Part shown: positions 1 to 9,201 of the stretch, in pieces
Position numbering within the stretch: the first letter of the stretch is position 1
How the letters are laid out: each line of letters starts with the position of its first letter
Assembly: GCA_043722725.1 (NCBI GenBank)
Contig: JAYSON010000065.1
Coordinates: 1-47,881, forward strand
Source: Chloracidobacterium sp.
GTDB taxonomy: Bacteria; Acidobacteriota; Blastocatellia; Pyrinomonadales; Pyrinomonadaceae
Direction: 5' to 3'
DNA length: 47,881 nt
Notes under the pieces: model-generated
Databases searched by the model: none
Told to the model about the DNA's origin: nothing
Seen by the model: only the letters and a program-made list of their open reading frames with translations
Made by a program: the position numbers and the translations under genes

Positions 1-224
1 GCGACCGAATCAGAGCCAAGCTTTGCTACAAAAAAGATATCGACAACCGCGAAAAGGCTCTCCATACTCATTTCGAGTATCATGGGCACCGCAAGCAGAA
101 ATATCCCCAGCCCGATCGGCCCGGTCGTGAAATCGCGGCTCGATCCGCGAAAAGCTTCCTTTACGACAGGCCAAAACGAATTGTCATGCGCCCGTACGGC
201 GACAGTTTCATCATTAAAAGACAT
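1..224 (-). CDS. MATE-family efflux transporter, N-terminal fragment (gene continues past the left edge)
   Basis: Not in the ORF track because it is open at the window edge. Reverse-strand ATG at 222-224. The translation MSFNDETVAVRAHDNSFWPVVKEAFRGSSRDFTTGPIGLGIFLLAVPMILEMSMESLFAVVDIFFVAKLGSDSV has no stop down to position 1. It shows the MATE TM1 pattern (LAxPMILxxxxxSLFxxVDxFFVxxLG). Confidence 0.6.
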   Translation of the reverse strand, partial: MSFNDETVAVRAHDNSFWPVVKEAFRGSSRDFTTGPIGLGIFLLAVPMILEMSMESLFAVVDIFFVAKLGSDSV

Positions 225-523
225 ACCAAAATATTATTGAGCTTAAAAAAGAAGCACGAGATGTGCTGGGAAAGTCCGTCTCTTCGATTCAAGAAATCGC
301 GAGGATGAACGCTGCCGGGGCGGATGAATTAGACAATTCTTAGACGCATAATTCTAAAAATGTAGCACAGGACTATTTTATACCGCAAGATCGGAGTAGG
401 ATCTTGCGGCGCAAACAAGAATGTAACGCCAGCGTCTCGCTGGCTGTACGGAGTCGCCCGACGCTCCACTCCGGCGAGGAGAACGCTCCCCGGACAGCCG
501 CCGGGACGGTCGATGTTACATTG

Positions 524-2977
524 TTATTCTTTGAGTGCCAATGCGATCGCGTCCTCAACCTTCAACTTACAACCCTCATTGTAGAGGCTGGTGAACACGT
601 CTTCGCCCAATTCGGTGTTTATTTTGATGAGGTTTTCATTTCGGAAGAGCCGTTCGGCGGGTGCGAGTTCATAGTCGATCGACTGGCGAATGTGTTCGGC
701 GGCACCCGCCAGGGTAGCGCCCAACGTCGCATCGGATCGGCAGGCAAGAGCCGAAAAGCCGTCCAGCAGATCGGAAATGTGGATTTTGTCCATCAATTGC
801 TCGGCAAGCAACAAGGCTTCCTCGAATAAACAACGCGCGGCCTTGTCGTCATTTTCCTGATAGGCAATGATGCCGAGACCCAGGAGATTTGTTATCACGC
901 GCTCGTTTTGACCGAGCTGCCTAAAGGTCACTAGTGATTCCTCGAGCAGTTTGCGCGCCCGTCCATTTTCGCCTCTCATGCGGGCCAAATTTCCAAGGGA
1001 GCCGAGCGAATAGCCGATTTCCGATATATCGTTTAATTCGCGGCTTATCTCCAATGTTCGTTCGAACGACTCTCGGGCGAGTTTAAAATTGCCCTGCCGC
1101 GTTGCCACCGCTCCAAGGCCCCGGCTCGAAAGAGCGATCTCCCGTTTGTCGCCGGATTCGATGCTCGCGTCCAGTGCCGCATGATGCATTTCCTGCGCCC
1201 CTTTGTAGTCGCCGCGGATCCTCGCGCCGACGCCAAGGCCTTTGAGAAGCTTTGAGCGAACACTCGCGGGTGCATTGGAACTTAGCTCAAATGTAAGCCT
1301 TATCCACTTGTGGCCTTCGACGATATGTGTATGAAAAAGCCAGAAAAAGCGAAGCGCGGCGGCCATCCGGGCGGCAGTTTCCGGTTCATGTTCCAGCGAC
1401 CAGTGGAGTACGGCCCGCAGATTATCGTGATCTTCTTCCAGACAGTTTAACCATTTTATCGACTCGCGGCCTTGGAGCAGAGGATCAGCCGTTTCGGCCA
1501 GTTTAACGAAATATGCAGCGTGCAGCCTTCGTATTAACTCCGCTTCGCCGCATGTTTCCAATACTTCCCGAGCGTATTCCCGCACAACCCCCAACATCGA
1601 AAATCGCGCCTCGCCTCCATCTGTTTGTTCTTTTTGAACAAGCAGGCTGTTGCCGGCGAGCGATGTTATGCCGTCAAGAACATTTATTTTGGAATTGCCA
1701 TCGGCCGACCGGTGATCGTTGAACGACGTCTGACAACTGCCGACCACGTCTTCGGCCGCTTCCAACGTGAAACCGCCGGAGAATACGGCTAAACGGCGAA
1801 ACAGCACTTTTTCGCTTTCATTTAGTAATTCGTAGCTCCACAGGACAGCGTTTCGCATGGTTTGCTGTCTGGCCGGGCGATCGTCGGCGCCGCCGGTTAA
1901 TAGCGCGAGGGAATTATCAAGTCTTTCAAGAATCGCGGCCGGCGAGACGATCCTGACGCGAGCTGCCGCGAGTTCGATGGCGAGCGGCAGACCATCGAGC
2001 CGAATGCATATTTCGGCAATGTCGCGTGCATTATCTTCGCTGATCACAAAGTTCGATTTGGCGCCGCGAGCCCGCTCGACAAATAGGCGAACCGCCTCGG
2101 AGCGAGATGCTCCATCAAGCGAAAACCCTGCGGCAATATCAGGCAGATCGAGGGGTGGAACGACAAACTCATGCGAAAAACTAAGACGGAGAACGGCCCT
2201 GCTCGTGACTAAAATCCTTAGAGCGGGGGATCTGCGAGAAAGTTCGGCTAAACACGGAGCCGCCGGCATCACCTGTTCGAAATTGTCCACGACTAGCAGT
2301 ATTTCACGTTCGCCGAGATAGTTCTTCAGGATTTCCAGAACCGAGCCGCCGGTCTCCTTGATATCCAGCGTTTGAGTGATCATAGAGGCGACTAACTCGG
2401 GATCGGTTATCGCCGCCATTTCCACAATGAATACTCCGTCGCGGAACGACTCCCGCATTTCTCCGGCGACAGCTCTGGCGAGAGTGGTTTTACCCGTTCC
2501 GCCAACACCGGTCAACGTCAGAATTCTCACATCGTCACGAAGAAGCAGGTTTTTAATCTCGCCGAGCTGCTGTTCACGTCCGATAAGCGCGGAGTGCCGT
2601 ACCGGTGCGTACACCGCGTGCGCAACCGATATCGATTTTGGTACGGAATTCGCCAACCGAACAGACGGCAAAAACCGGTAGCCGCGTCGCGGCACGGTTT
2701 CGATAAACACGCTGCCATCCTCGTCTTCGCCGAGGGTCTTGCGAAGTGCTCTGACATGCTGCGAAAGATTGTTTTCCTCGACAAAAGTATCAGCCCAGAG
2801 TGCGTCCATCGCTTCGTCCCGCGTGATGAGATTTCCGTTCAATCTGACCAGCAGGCAGAGCAATTCAAAAGTTTTCCATTGCAGATTAACGGTTTGCCCG
2901 TTGCGGAGTAATACGCCCTTGCCAATGTCTAATTGGAAGTCCTGAAATTCGTATATTTCCCGATTTTGCACGTCCAT
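524..2977 (-). CDS. STAND-type transcriptional regulator: OmpR/CadC-type winged-helix DNA-binding domain + NB-ARC-like P-loop NTPase + C-terminal TPR array
   Basis: 817-aa ORF. The N-terminus (FQLDIGKGVLLRNGQTVNLQWKTFELLCLLV...ETVPRRGYRF) matches the Trans_reg_C pattern. Walker A is LTGVGGTGKTTLA and Walker B is ILLVVDNFEQV. The C-terminal half has repeated TPR-like units (LGNLARMRG, YSLGSLG, etc.). Confidence 0.85.
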   Translation of the reverse strand: MDVQNREIYEFQDFQLDIGKGVLLRNGQTVNLQWKTFELLCLLVRLNGNLITRDEAMDALWADTFVEENNLSQHVRALRKTLGEDEDGSVFIETVPRRGYRFLPSVRLANSVPKSISVAHAVYAPVRHSALIGREQQLGEIKNLLLRDDVRILTLTGVGGTGKTTLARAVAGEMRESFRDGVFIVEMAAITDPELVASMITQTLDIKETGGSVLEILKNYLGEREILLVVDNFEQVMPAAPCLAELSRRSPALRILVTSRAVLRLSFSHEFVVPPLDLPDIAAGFSLDGASRSEAVRLFVERARGAKSNFVISEDNARDIAEICIRLDGLPLAIELAAARVRIVSPAAILERLDNSLALLTGGADDRPARQQTMRNAVLWSYELLNESEKVLFRRLAVFSGGFTLEAAEDVVGSCQTSFNDHRSADGNSKINVLDGITSLAGNSLLVQKEQTDGGEARFSMLGVVREYAREVLETCGEAELIRRLHAAYFVKLAETADPLLQGRESIKWLNCLEEDHDNLRAVLHWSLEHEPETAARMAAALRFFWLFHTHIVEGHKWIRLTFELSSNAPASVRSKLLKGLGVGARIRGDYKGAQEMHHAALDASIESGDKREIALSSRGLGAVATRQGNFKLARESFERTLEISRELNDISEIGYSLGSLGNLARMRGENGRARKLLEESLVTFRQLGQNERVITNLLGLGIIAYQENDDKAARCLFEEALLLAEQLMDKIHISDLLDGFSALACRSDATLGATLAGAAEHIRQSIDYELAPAERLFRNENLIKINTELGEDVFTSLYNEGCKLKVEDAIALALKE

Positions 2978-2982
2978 CGCTC

Positions 2983-3012
2983 AATTCACAACTAATTCAC
3001 ACACAATTCAAG
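2983..3012 (-). promoter_or_regulatory. Three direct repeats AATTCACA / AATTCACA / AATTCAAG at exact 11-bp phasing, 6 bp upstream of the STAND regulator start codon (candidate autoregulatory operator)
   Basis: Copies start at 2983, 2994 and 3005 on the + strand (TGTGAATT on the gene strand). OmpR/PhoB-type winged-helix domains typically bind direct repeats spaced one helical turn apart. Confidence 0.3.
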
Positions 3013-3435
3013 ACTTCTTCCGCCGCTTCCGGTTTAATGCGAATGTCGAACGATAATCGGATTCGCGGCAAACCTCTGGCGGAACGGTTGATGGTTGGCA
3101 GCCGATCGAAAGTTTCCGTAAGAGGCATTATAAGGCAAGACCGGCGAATAACAAGAAATTTGAGCCGTCAGGAAATTAAGGAAAAAACGATGATTCGGAA
3201 AAGTTTATCACTCTCCCTTGCGGACTTTATGCTTTACGGGAACGCCTTCACTTACCGAGCCGCAACTCGAATCACGAAAAAGTCTTGTCAACCGGAGCGA
3301 AAATCACTATCATCAGCAGAATTCGACGGCGGTTAATTACCATGTGCTTTGTATGACTTCGGTCGCTCTTCGACAAGGATCATAAGGTAGGCTTTTAAAA
3401 ATACGACTCATTGAAACGAAAAAAGGAGAACTGTA

Positions 3436-4530
3436 ATGAAAAAAGGAATGTCGAAACTATCATTCTACTCTGCTTTGTTTAGCCTGTTGATGTTTTCCGC
3501 CGCGGTCGGCGAGGTCGACGCACAGCGAAAAGGGAACAACCGCGACCGTGAACTGAGCGTGATGACACGCAATATGTACCTCGGGACTGATTTTAGCGAA
3601 ATCCTCGCTTCTCAAACCGGCGCGGAACTTGTCGCCGAAGTCGCCGAGGCTTACACGGATGTTCAAACCGGTCTGCCCGCCGAACGCATCGCCGGAATCG
3701 CCGACGAAATCGAAGCCGCGGCACCCGCTTTGGTCGGTTTGCAGGAAGTCGCCCTTTGGCGAATCGGCGCTCCGTTCGACCCGGCCCAGGCGGAATTCGT
3801 GACGTACGATTTTCTTCAGATACTTCTCGATAACCTTGCGGCGCGCGGCCTCAATTACACCCCGATTTCCGTACAATCGAATTTCGACGCCGAACTTCCG
3901 GCCGTTTTCGGCCCGGCGTCCGCACTAGACGTGCGTTTTACCGACCGAATCGTTGTGCTTGCCCGGACAGATTTGAGCGAATCACAGCTAAAGATAGGAA
4001 ATATCCAGGCGCGGCATTTCGCAACGAATATTAGTTTTACGAGTCCGACCCTCGGCACTGTAACGATTCCCCGGGCGTGGATTTCGGTGGATGCAAAAAT
4101 TCGCGGAAAGCAGTATCGCTTCGTAAACGCCCATCCCGAATCGTTTAGTCCGATCATCAATTTTATTCAGATAACCGAACTGACCCAGACGGCGGGCAAC
4201 ACGAAGCTGCCCGTCATATTCACTGGCGATTTTAACACCGACGCCGCAACCGATGACGCCGCCTATAAGGTCATGATCGACGCGGGTTTCTCGGATGTGT
4301 GGGAGCAGACAAATCCTGCTGACCCGGGTTTTACGTGGGCGTTGTTCCTGACCGATCCGGCGACTTACACCAATCCGTTTCAACGGCTTGATTTGGTGTT
4401 AACTCGCGGTGAAATCGACGCGGCCGATGCCGAGGTCGTCGGGGAAGACCCGATGGCGGACCGCACTCCATCCGGCCTGATGCGCTCCGACCACGCCGGA
4501 TTAAGGGCGACGCTTATCCTGCAGCCATAA
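3436..4530 (+). CDS. Secreted endonuclease/exonuclease/phosphatase (EEP) family phosphoesterase
   Basis: 364 aa. GGAGAA RBS upstream and an N-terminal signal peptide (LFSLLMFSAAVGEVDA). EEP motifs appear in order: MTRNMYLG, GLQEV, NAHPES, GDFNT, SDHAGL. Confidence 0.8.
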   Translation: MKKGMSKLSFYSALFSLLMFSAAVGEVDAQRKGNNRDRELSVMTRNMYLGTDFSEILASQTGAELVAEVAEAYTDVQTGLPAERIAGIADEIEAAAPALVGLQEVALWRIGAPFDPAQAEFVTYDFLQILLDNLAARGLNYTPISVQSNFDAELPAVFGPASALDVRFTDRIVVLARTDLSESQLKIGNIQARHFATNISFTSPTLGTVTIPRAWISVDAKIRGKQYRFVNAHPESFSPIINFIQITELTQTAGNTKLPVIFTGDFNTDAATDDAAYKVMIDAGFSDVWEQTNPADPGFTWALFLTDPATYTNPFQRLDLVLTRGEIDAADAEVVGEDPMADRTPSGLMRSDHAGLRATLILQP

Positions 4531-4536
4531 CAATAA

Positions 4537-4571
4537 GAAGCGGGCTCCGCCCGAGGGCGCCTGCTTCTTTG
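4537..4571 (+). terminator. Possible intrinsic terminator after the EEP gene
   Basis: GC-rich hairpin GAAGCGGGC...GCCTGCTTC (4537-4567) starts 7 nt after the stop codon. It is followed by only a short TTT run. Confidence 0.4.
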
Positions 4572-4641
4572 AGTTCCCAAACACTATAACCTTAAATTCT
4601 CACACAAGGATCCCGTGCGCTCTAAAAATGGAGAAACCGTC

Positions 4642-5214
4642 ATGAAAAGCAACTTGAAACTATTAACGCTTGCTCTTTTGCTGCTGTCCGCAAGCTGTGT
4701 GCCTTCCCTAAATCCGCTTTATACGGAACAGGATTTAGTTTTCGACGCTGCCCTGTTGGGCGTGTGGACTGATAAGGAGTCTGCGGAAACATGGTCATTC
4801 ACGTACGCCAACGAGAAAGAATACAGGCTTGAATTCACCGACAAAGACGGCAAAAAAGGCGAGTTTGAAGCGCACCTCCTGAAAATCGAGGGCAAGACAT
4901 TTATGGAGATAACCCCTATAAAGCCTGTTCTTCCGCAGAACGACTTCTATAAAGGGCATTTCCTTGCGACTCATACCTTCGTGCAAATCATACAAACCGG
5001 GCCGAAAACTCAAATCGCGTATCTCGAACCAAAATGGCTGAAAGGTTTTCTCGACAAGAATCCGGCCGGTATCGCCCACGTAAGAATTGAGGACGAGATA
5101 CTTTTGATTGATACGCCGAAGAATCTACAGAAATTCTTGGTCACGCACACGAATACCGAGGGCGCCTTTGCCAAACCGGTCGAACTTGTAAAGGGCAAGC
5201 GAGGTGGAAAGTGA
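4642..5214 (+). CDS. Secreted protein or probable lipoprotein, unknown function
   Basis: The ORF track starts at GTG 4615. ATG 4642 has a GGAGAA RBS 6-7 nt upstream and gives MKSNLKLLTLALLLLSASC (signal peptide with a lipobox-like SASC). The stop overlaps the next gene (GTGA). Confidence 0.6.
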   Translation: MKSNLKLLTLALLLLSASCVPSLNPLYTEQDLVFDAALLGVWTDKESAETWSFTYANEKEYRLEFTDKDGKKGEFEAHLLKIEGKTFMEITPIKPVLPQNDFYKGHFLATHTFVQIIQTGPKTQIAYLEPKWLKGFLDKNPAGIAHVRIEDEILLIDTPKNLQKFLVTHTNTEGAFAKPVELVKGKRGGK

Positions 5215-6350
5215 AAGGCCTTTCACGACGCGGATTTCTCGAACAAATCACAGCGGCCGCAAGTCTGTTATTATTGAGCCGCAGTGTCCCGTCGTTTCCG
5301 AATTTTTCCTTTTTAGATAACTCCAAACCGTTCGAAATGCTCGTCGTCGGTGATTCGCATATTTCCGGACAGGGATTGCGGGAAAACAACAAATTCTATT
5401 ATCTCGTCAAGGAATGGCTTCAGCGCGACGTTTTCGGAGCATCCAGACAAGTAAATATGAAAGTGAAAGCGCATTCAGGTGCACGGATTGACCTTCACGG
5501 CGACGAACTTGAATTGATGAAAAAAGCCGGCGATGACGTCGACAAATTTCTTCATCCCGAAGCAAACTTGTCACAGCCAAGCATCCTTAAACAGATAGAT
5601 TTTGCCCGAAAGGAATATGAAACAGCGGAATCGGTTGATCTGGTTATGCTCTCCGGCAGCATTACCGATGTTTTGGTAGCAAACACGATCAATCCGTTTA
5701 TTAACGAAAAAAAAGTACTCGGATTGATTCATAAATATTGCAATGAATCGATGTTCGGACTCCTGGAACTCACGACTGGCACCTTTCCAACCGCACTTGT
5801 CGTCGTGATCGGATATTTCCCGATAATTTCAACCAAAAGCGACGTTAATAAAATTACCCGCTATCTTTTCAAATCCGTCAAGTTCCCGCACGCGCTGCAA
5901 TTTACTCTCACCAATGGTTTGACCAAGCAGTTTGTAAAAATTGTCCGCAAGAAAATTGCCCTGCGCTCCAGGATGTGGGTTAAGGAATCAAATCGTGAAA
6001 TGCGTGAAGCGATTGCCAAAATAAACGCAAAATTCGATACGCCGCGAGTTGTTTTTGTCGAATCACCGATCACCGAGGACAATTGCTTCGGGACAAGAAA
6101 CGCTTTGTTGTGGGAAACGGACAAGGACAACCGACCCAACGACGAACGGTACGGCGAACGAAAAGAGATGTGTCCGAAAGTATTCGCCGAGCTAAAACAC
6201 CATCATTACGGCAAGATGGCGATTCGAATGTGCGAACTCGCGGCCGTTGCGCACCCGAATATCGAAGGCTCGAAAGCGTTTTCCGAAGTAATTAAAATCA
6301 GTTTGAATCAAATTTCCGGCTCACCGTATCACGGAATTCTCGGTAAATGA
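5211..6350 (+). CDS. Tat-exported SGNH/GDSL-family hydrolase (lipase/esterase-like)
   Basis: 379 aa. Twin-arginine leader SRRGFLEQITAAASLLLL and block I motif LVVGDSHISGQG. The GTG start has a GAGGTGG RBS and a 4-bp overlap with the upstream ORF. Confidence 0.7.
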   Translation: MKGLSRRGFLEQITAAASLLLLSRSVPSFPNFSFLDNSKPFEMLVVGDSHISGQGLRENNKFYYLVKEWLQRDVFGASRQVNMKVKAHSGARIDLHGDELELMKKAGDDVDKFLHPEANLSQPSILKQIDFARKEYETAESVDLVMLSGSITDVLVANTINPFINEKKVLGLIHKYCNESMFGLLELTTGTFPTALVVVIGYFPIISTKSDVNKITRYLFKSVKFPHALQFTLTNGLTKQFVKIVRKKIALRSRMWVKESNREMREAIAKINAKFDTPRVVFVESPITEDNCFGTRNALLWETDKDNRPNDERYGERKEMCPKVFAELKHHHYGKMAIRMCELAAVAHPNIEGSKAFSEVIKISLNQISGSPYHGILGK

Positions 6351-6492
6351 GCATAATGATCGTTGTAACATCAGCGTCCCGGTGGCTGTGCAGTGGGTGT
6401 CTACCACTGTAGGAATTGAGTTAATGCCCGCACCGTGTAAGCGGGACGCTCACACGACAGCCGCCGTGACGGGCGGCGTTACTAAATGCACA

Positions 6493-7245
6493 ATGAAAAA
6501 ACCTGCCACAGGATTTGATTGGCGACATTTACTAATGTTCCTGGTCATTGCAGGTGCATTGATACTAATTCTCCTATTTGCGCCAACCGAGCAACCCGGC
6601 AGCTACCACAATTTCGCCGATAAACGCACGTTGCTGGCTATTCCCAATTTCCTTGATGTGGTGTCCAATCTCGCGTTTCTGATTGTCGGCGTAGCGGGGC
6701 TGAAGATTTGCATGGGAAAAGGTTTGGGCGGCCTTCGAAATGCTTGGCTTGTCCTATTCTCGGGCATCACTTTGGTCAGCATCGGCTCGGCGTATTATCA
6801 TTTGAATCCAAATAATGAAACTCTCGTTTGGGACAGGCTGCCGATGACGATCGGTTTTATGGGGCTTTTCGTCGCCTTATTGGGCGAATATATAGACGAG
6901 CGGCTTCGTGTGCTGCTTTTACCGTCAATATTGCTCGGATTGGCCAGCGTCCTATATTGGCATTTGCATGATGACCTGCGACTCTATATTTGGGTTCAGA
7001 TAATTCCCCTCGTGGCAATTCCGATCATTATGTTATTGCACCGGCCCCGATTTTCTCATCAGTGGCTGCTGCTCGCCGCGCTAGGATTCTATTTGCTCGC
7101 TAAAATTTGCGAATACTACGACGAACAAGTTTTTGAAGCGTCGCACCGCATTGCCAGCGGCCACACGATCAAACATCTTCTCTCGGCCGTCGGTTGCTTG
7201 CTTATTGTTATAATGCTGCAAAAAAGGGACATTCGGTCAATTTGA
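6493..7245 (+). CDS. Polytopic membrane protein, ceramidase-like (alkaline (phyto)ceramidase / CREST-type) family
   Basis: Start moved to ATG 6493 (MKKPATGFDW) because the upstream 37 codons look non-coding. Multiple TM helices carry the motifs YHNFADKRT...IPNFLDVVSNLAF, GSAYYHLNPNNETLVWDRLPM and SGHTIKHLLSA. I recall these motifs from bacterial ceramidase-domain proteins. Confidence 0.55.
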   Translation: MKKPATGFDWRHLLMFLVIAGALILILLFAPTEQPGSYHNFADKRTLLAIPNFLDVVSNLAFLIVGVAGLKICMGKGLGGLRNAWLVLFSGITLVSIGSAYYHLNPNNETLVWDRLPMTIGFMGLFVALLGEYIDERLRVLLLPSILLGLASVLYWHLHDDLRLYIWVQIIPLVAIPIIMLLHRPRFSHQWLLLAALGFYLLAKICEYYDEQVFEASHRIASGHTIKHLLSAVGCLLIVIMLQKRDIRSI

Positions 7246-7350
7246 AAGCAACATCAACCGTTTCCCTTGCAACTAAACCGATTCGCCTGTCAGAATAAGC
7301 GTTTAACTAAACCCAACAAACTTCAGTTTGTTGGAACGAAGCGCGGCCTT

Positions 7351-8460
7351 ATGAAAATCGCGGTTGCAATGAGCGGCGGTGTCGATTCATCGACAGCGGC
7401 TGCAATACTAAAGGAACAGGGGCACGAGTTGGTCGGTTTTACGATGCAGCTTTGGAATCAGCGCCGTGGTATCAGTGTCGACGAAAATGGTGATCCGCTC
7501 CCCAGCCGCTGCTGCTCGCTTGATGATGTCTATGACGCACGCCGCGTTGCCGAGAGCCTTGGCATTCCGTTTTATGTGCTGAATCTGGAAAAGGACTTTG
7601 AGGAATCGGTCGTCGAGCCTTTTGTTCAGAGCTATTTGGACGGCGAAACTCCGATCCCGTGCGTTGCCTGTAATTCGCGGCTAAAGTTTGCTTCGCTCGA
7701 TAAAATGGCCGTCAGCATCGGCTGTGAAAAAGTGGCTACGGGCCATTTCGCCCGCGTTGAATATGACGAAGCCGCCGACCGCTATCGCCTGTTTCGCGGG
7801 CGTAATCATTGGAAGGATCAGAGCTATTTCCTTTGGGAACTGACTCAGGACCAGCTTTCGCGTTCGCACTTTCCGCTTGGCGAAATGCTCAAAAGCGAGG
7901 TCCGTGACATCGCCCGCGACGCTAATCTTTACGTCGCCGACAAACAGGAATCGCAGGAGATCTGCTTCGTCCCCGACGGGAAATACTCCGAGTTCATCGA
8001 CCGCTATCTCGATCATGAAGATCGTTCGGCGGAAACGCCGGCCGCGGGCGATATAGTAAATACGGCTGGTGAGACAATAGGCGAGCACACCGGAATTCAT
8101 CGCTACACGGTGGGACAGCGGCGAGGGCTCGGGATTGCACACGAAAAACCGCTCTACGTCGTACAGATCGAACGCGCAAAAAATCAGATCATCGTCGGTG
8201 AAGCGGACAAGCTGGAATCATTGGAATTCGTGGCAAAAGGCGTAAACTGGGTCGCTTTCGACGAGCCGTCGGCACCCGTACGCGCCGATGTAAAAGTGAG
8301 GTACCGCCACGAACCGTCTCCGGCAACGATACACGCTTTGCCCGATGGCCGTGCCCGGATCGTATTCGACGAACCGCAGCGAGCCATCACACCCGGTCAG
8401 GCGACCATTTTTTACGACGGCGAAGAAGTTGTCGGCGGCGGGTGGATTGTGCGAAAATAA
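7351..8460 (+). CDS. mnmA: tRNA 2-thiouridine(34) synthase MnmA
   Basis: [16 protein letters not shown]-loop, RCCSLDD and PCVACN cysteine motifs, and length typical of MnmA. The ORF-track start at 7267 adds 28 unlikely residues. Confidence 0.93.
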   Translation: MKIAVAMSGGVDSSTAAAILKEQGHELVGFTMQLWNQRRGISVDENGDPLPSRCCSLDDVYDARRVAESLGIPFYVLNLEKDFEESVVEPFVQSYLDGETPIPCVACNSRLKFASLDKMAVSIGCEKVATGHFARVEYDEAADRYRLFRGRNHWKDQSYFLWELTQDQLSRSHFPLGEMLKSEVRDIARDANLYVADKQESQEICFVPDGKYSEFIDRYLDHEDRSAETPAAGDIVNTAGETIGEHTGIHRYTVGQRRGLGIAHEKPLYVVQIERAKNQIIVGEADKLESLEFVAKGVNWVAFDEPSAPVRADVKVRYRHEPSPATIHALPDGRARIVFDEPQRAITPGQATIFYDGEEVVGGGWIVRK

Positions 8461-8480
8461 ACCGTCGAGGTGGTTAGTTT

Positions 8481-8711
8481 ATGTCAACCGCAACAATAGA
8501 GACAGTTACTAGAATGCTTGAAGCGTTCCCAGAGTCGGTTCAGGATCGAGCTGTAGAGCACCTTCGCGAGTACCTTGCGGATATTACGGATGACTTGCGA
8601 TGGGACGAAAGTTTTGAGCGGACCTCCGAAAGATTAGTGGAAACAGCTCGCCATGTTAGAGAACAGCTCAAGAACGGAAAGACAGAACCTTTTGATCTTG
8701 AAAGGTTATGA
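8481..8711 (+). CDS. Putative type II antitoxin (partner of the downstream RelE/ParE-like toxin)
   Basis: 76-aa acidic protein with a GAGGTGG RBS. Its stop overlaps the toxin start by 4 bp (ATGA), the classic TA operon layout. Confidence 0.55.
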   Translation: MSTATIETVTRMLEAFPESVQDRAVEHLREYLADITDDLRWDESFERTSERLVETARHVREQLKNGKTEPFDLERL

Positions 8712-8971
8712 ATTCACATACATCGCCTGAGTTTTGGAAGGAATATTCGAAACTTGATTCGAATCTGAAAAAAGCTGCTCAAAAAGCTTATTCTATCTGG
8801 CACGAAAATCCCTTTCACCCTTCGCTACAGTTTAAATGTATAAATTCGTCCGCAGATATTTGGTCAGCTAGGATTTCAAAAGGTTATCGCGCACTTTGTG
8901 TAGTTGAGGAAAACACTGCAATTTGGTTTTGGATCGGCAAACACGACAGTTACGAAAAATTTTATGGTTAG
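8708..8971 (+). CDS. RelE/ParE-superfamily type II toxin
   Basis: 87 aa. The C-terminal pattern WSARISKGYRALCVVEENTAIWFWIGKHDSYEKF fits the RelE/ParE/HigB-like core (R-x-x-x-x-YR...hydrophobic strand...IG-x-H-x-x-Y). Confidence 0.65.
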   Translation: MNSHTSPEFWKEYSKLDSNLKKAAQKAYSIWHENPFHPSLQFKCINSSADIWSARISKGYRALCVVEENTAIWFWIGKHDSYEKFYG

Positions 8972-9012
8972 TTCGGGACACTGGCTGTTTGTCAGGTTTT
9001 AGAGAGGAACAC

Positions 9013-9201
9013 ATGCCAAAAGAGAAAAAAAGACTAAGCAAAAACGCGAAAGCGGCGTTGAAAACCTTGAACGAATCAAAATTACTGGCCGCAACCAAAG
9101 CAGCGAATGCCGGATCGGGCGAGGAATTCAAATCGTCCGTCGTGACACCCCGAACAAATTCTACGGCAATCAAGCCGCGGCCTAACAAAAAACGCGGGTA
9201 G
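9013..9201 (+). CDS. Possible small lysine-rich protein (62 aa), unknown function
   Basis: ATG 9013 is preceded by AGAGAGGAAC. It lies inside the 8923-9201 track ORF and competes with an antisense 114-aa ORF. No recognisable domain. Confidence 0.3.
   Translation: MPKEKKRLSKNAKAALKTLNESKLLAATKAANAGSGEEFKSSVVTPRTNSTAIKPRPNKKRG

Noticed and set aside
301-340. + strand stretch GAGGATGAACGCTGCCGGGGCGGATGAATTAGAC, vaguely reminiscent of a fluoride (crcB) riboswitch core
   Set aside because: The orientation is wrong: it points into the 3-prime end of a minus-strand gene, away from the MATE gene. Several invariant positions also do not match.
1857-2321. 154-aa + strand ORF, and several others at 404-829, 2376-2681 and 2594-2911, inside the STAND regulator gene
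   Set aside because: They are antisense or out-of-frame shadows of a strongly supported 817-aa gene. Their composition is Arg/Ser/Ala-rich with no motifs and no RBS.
3037-3336. 99-aa ORF in the divergent region between the STAND regulator and the EEP gene
   Set aside because: No domain, and the start has no convincing RBS. An internal ATG at about 3190 has a weak AAGGAAAA RBS, but the product is featureless. I treated the region as non-coding promoter/leader DNA.
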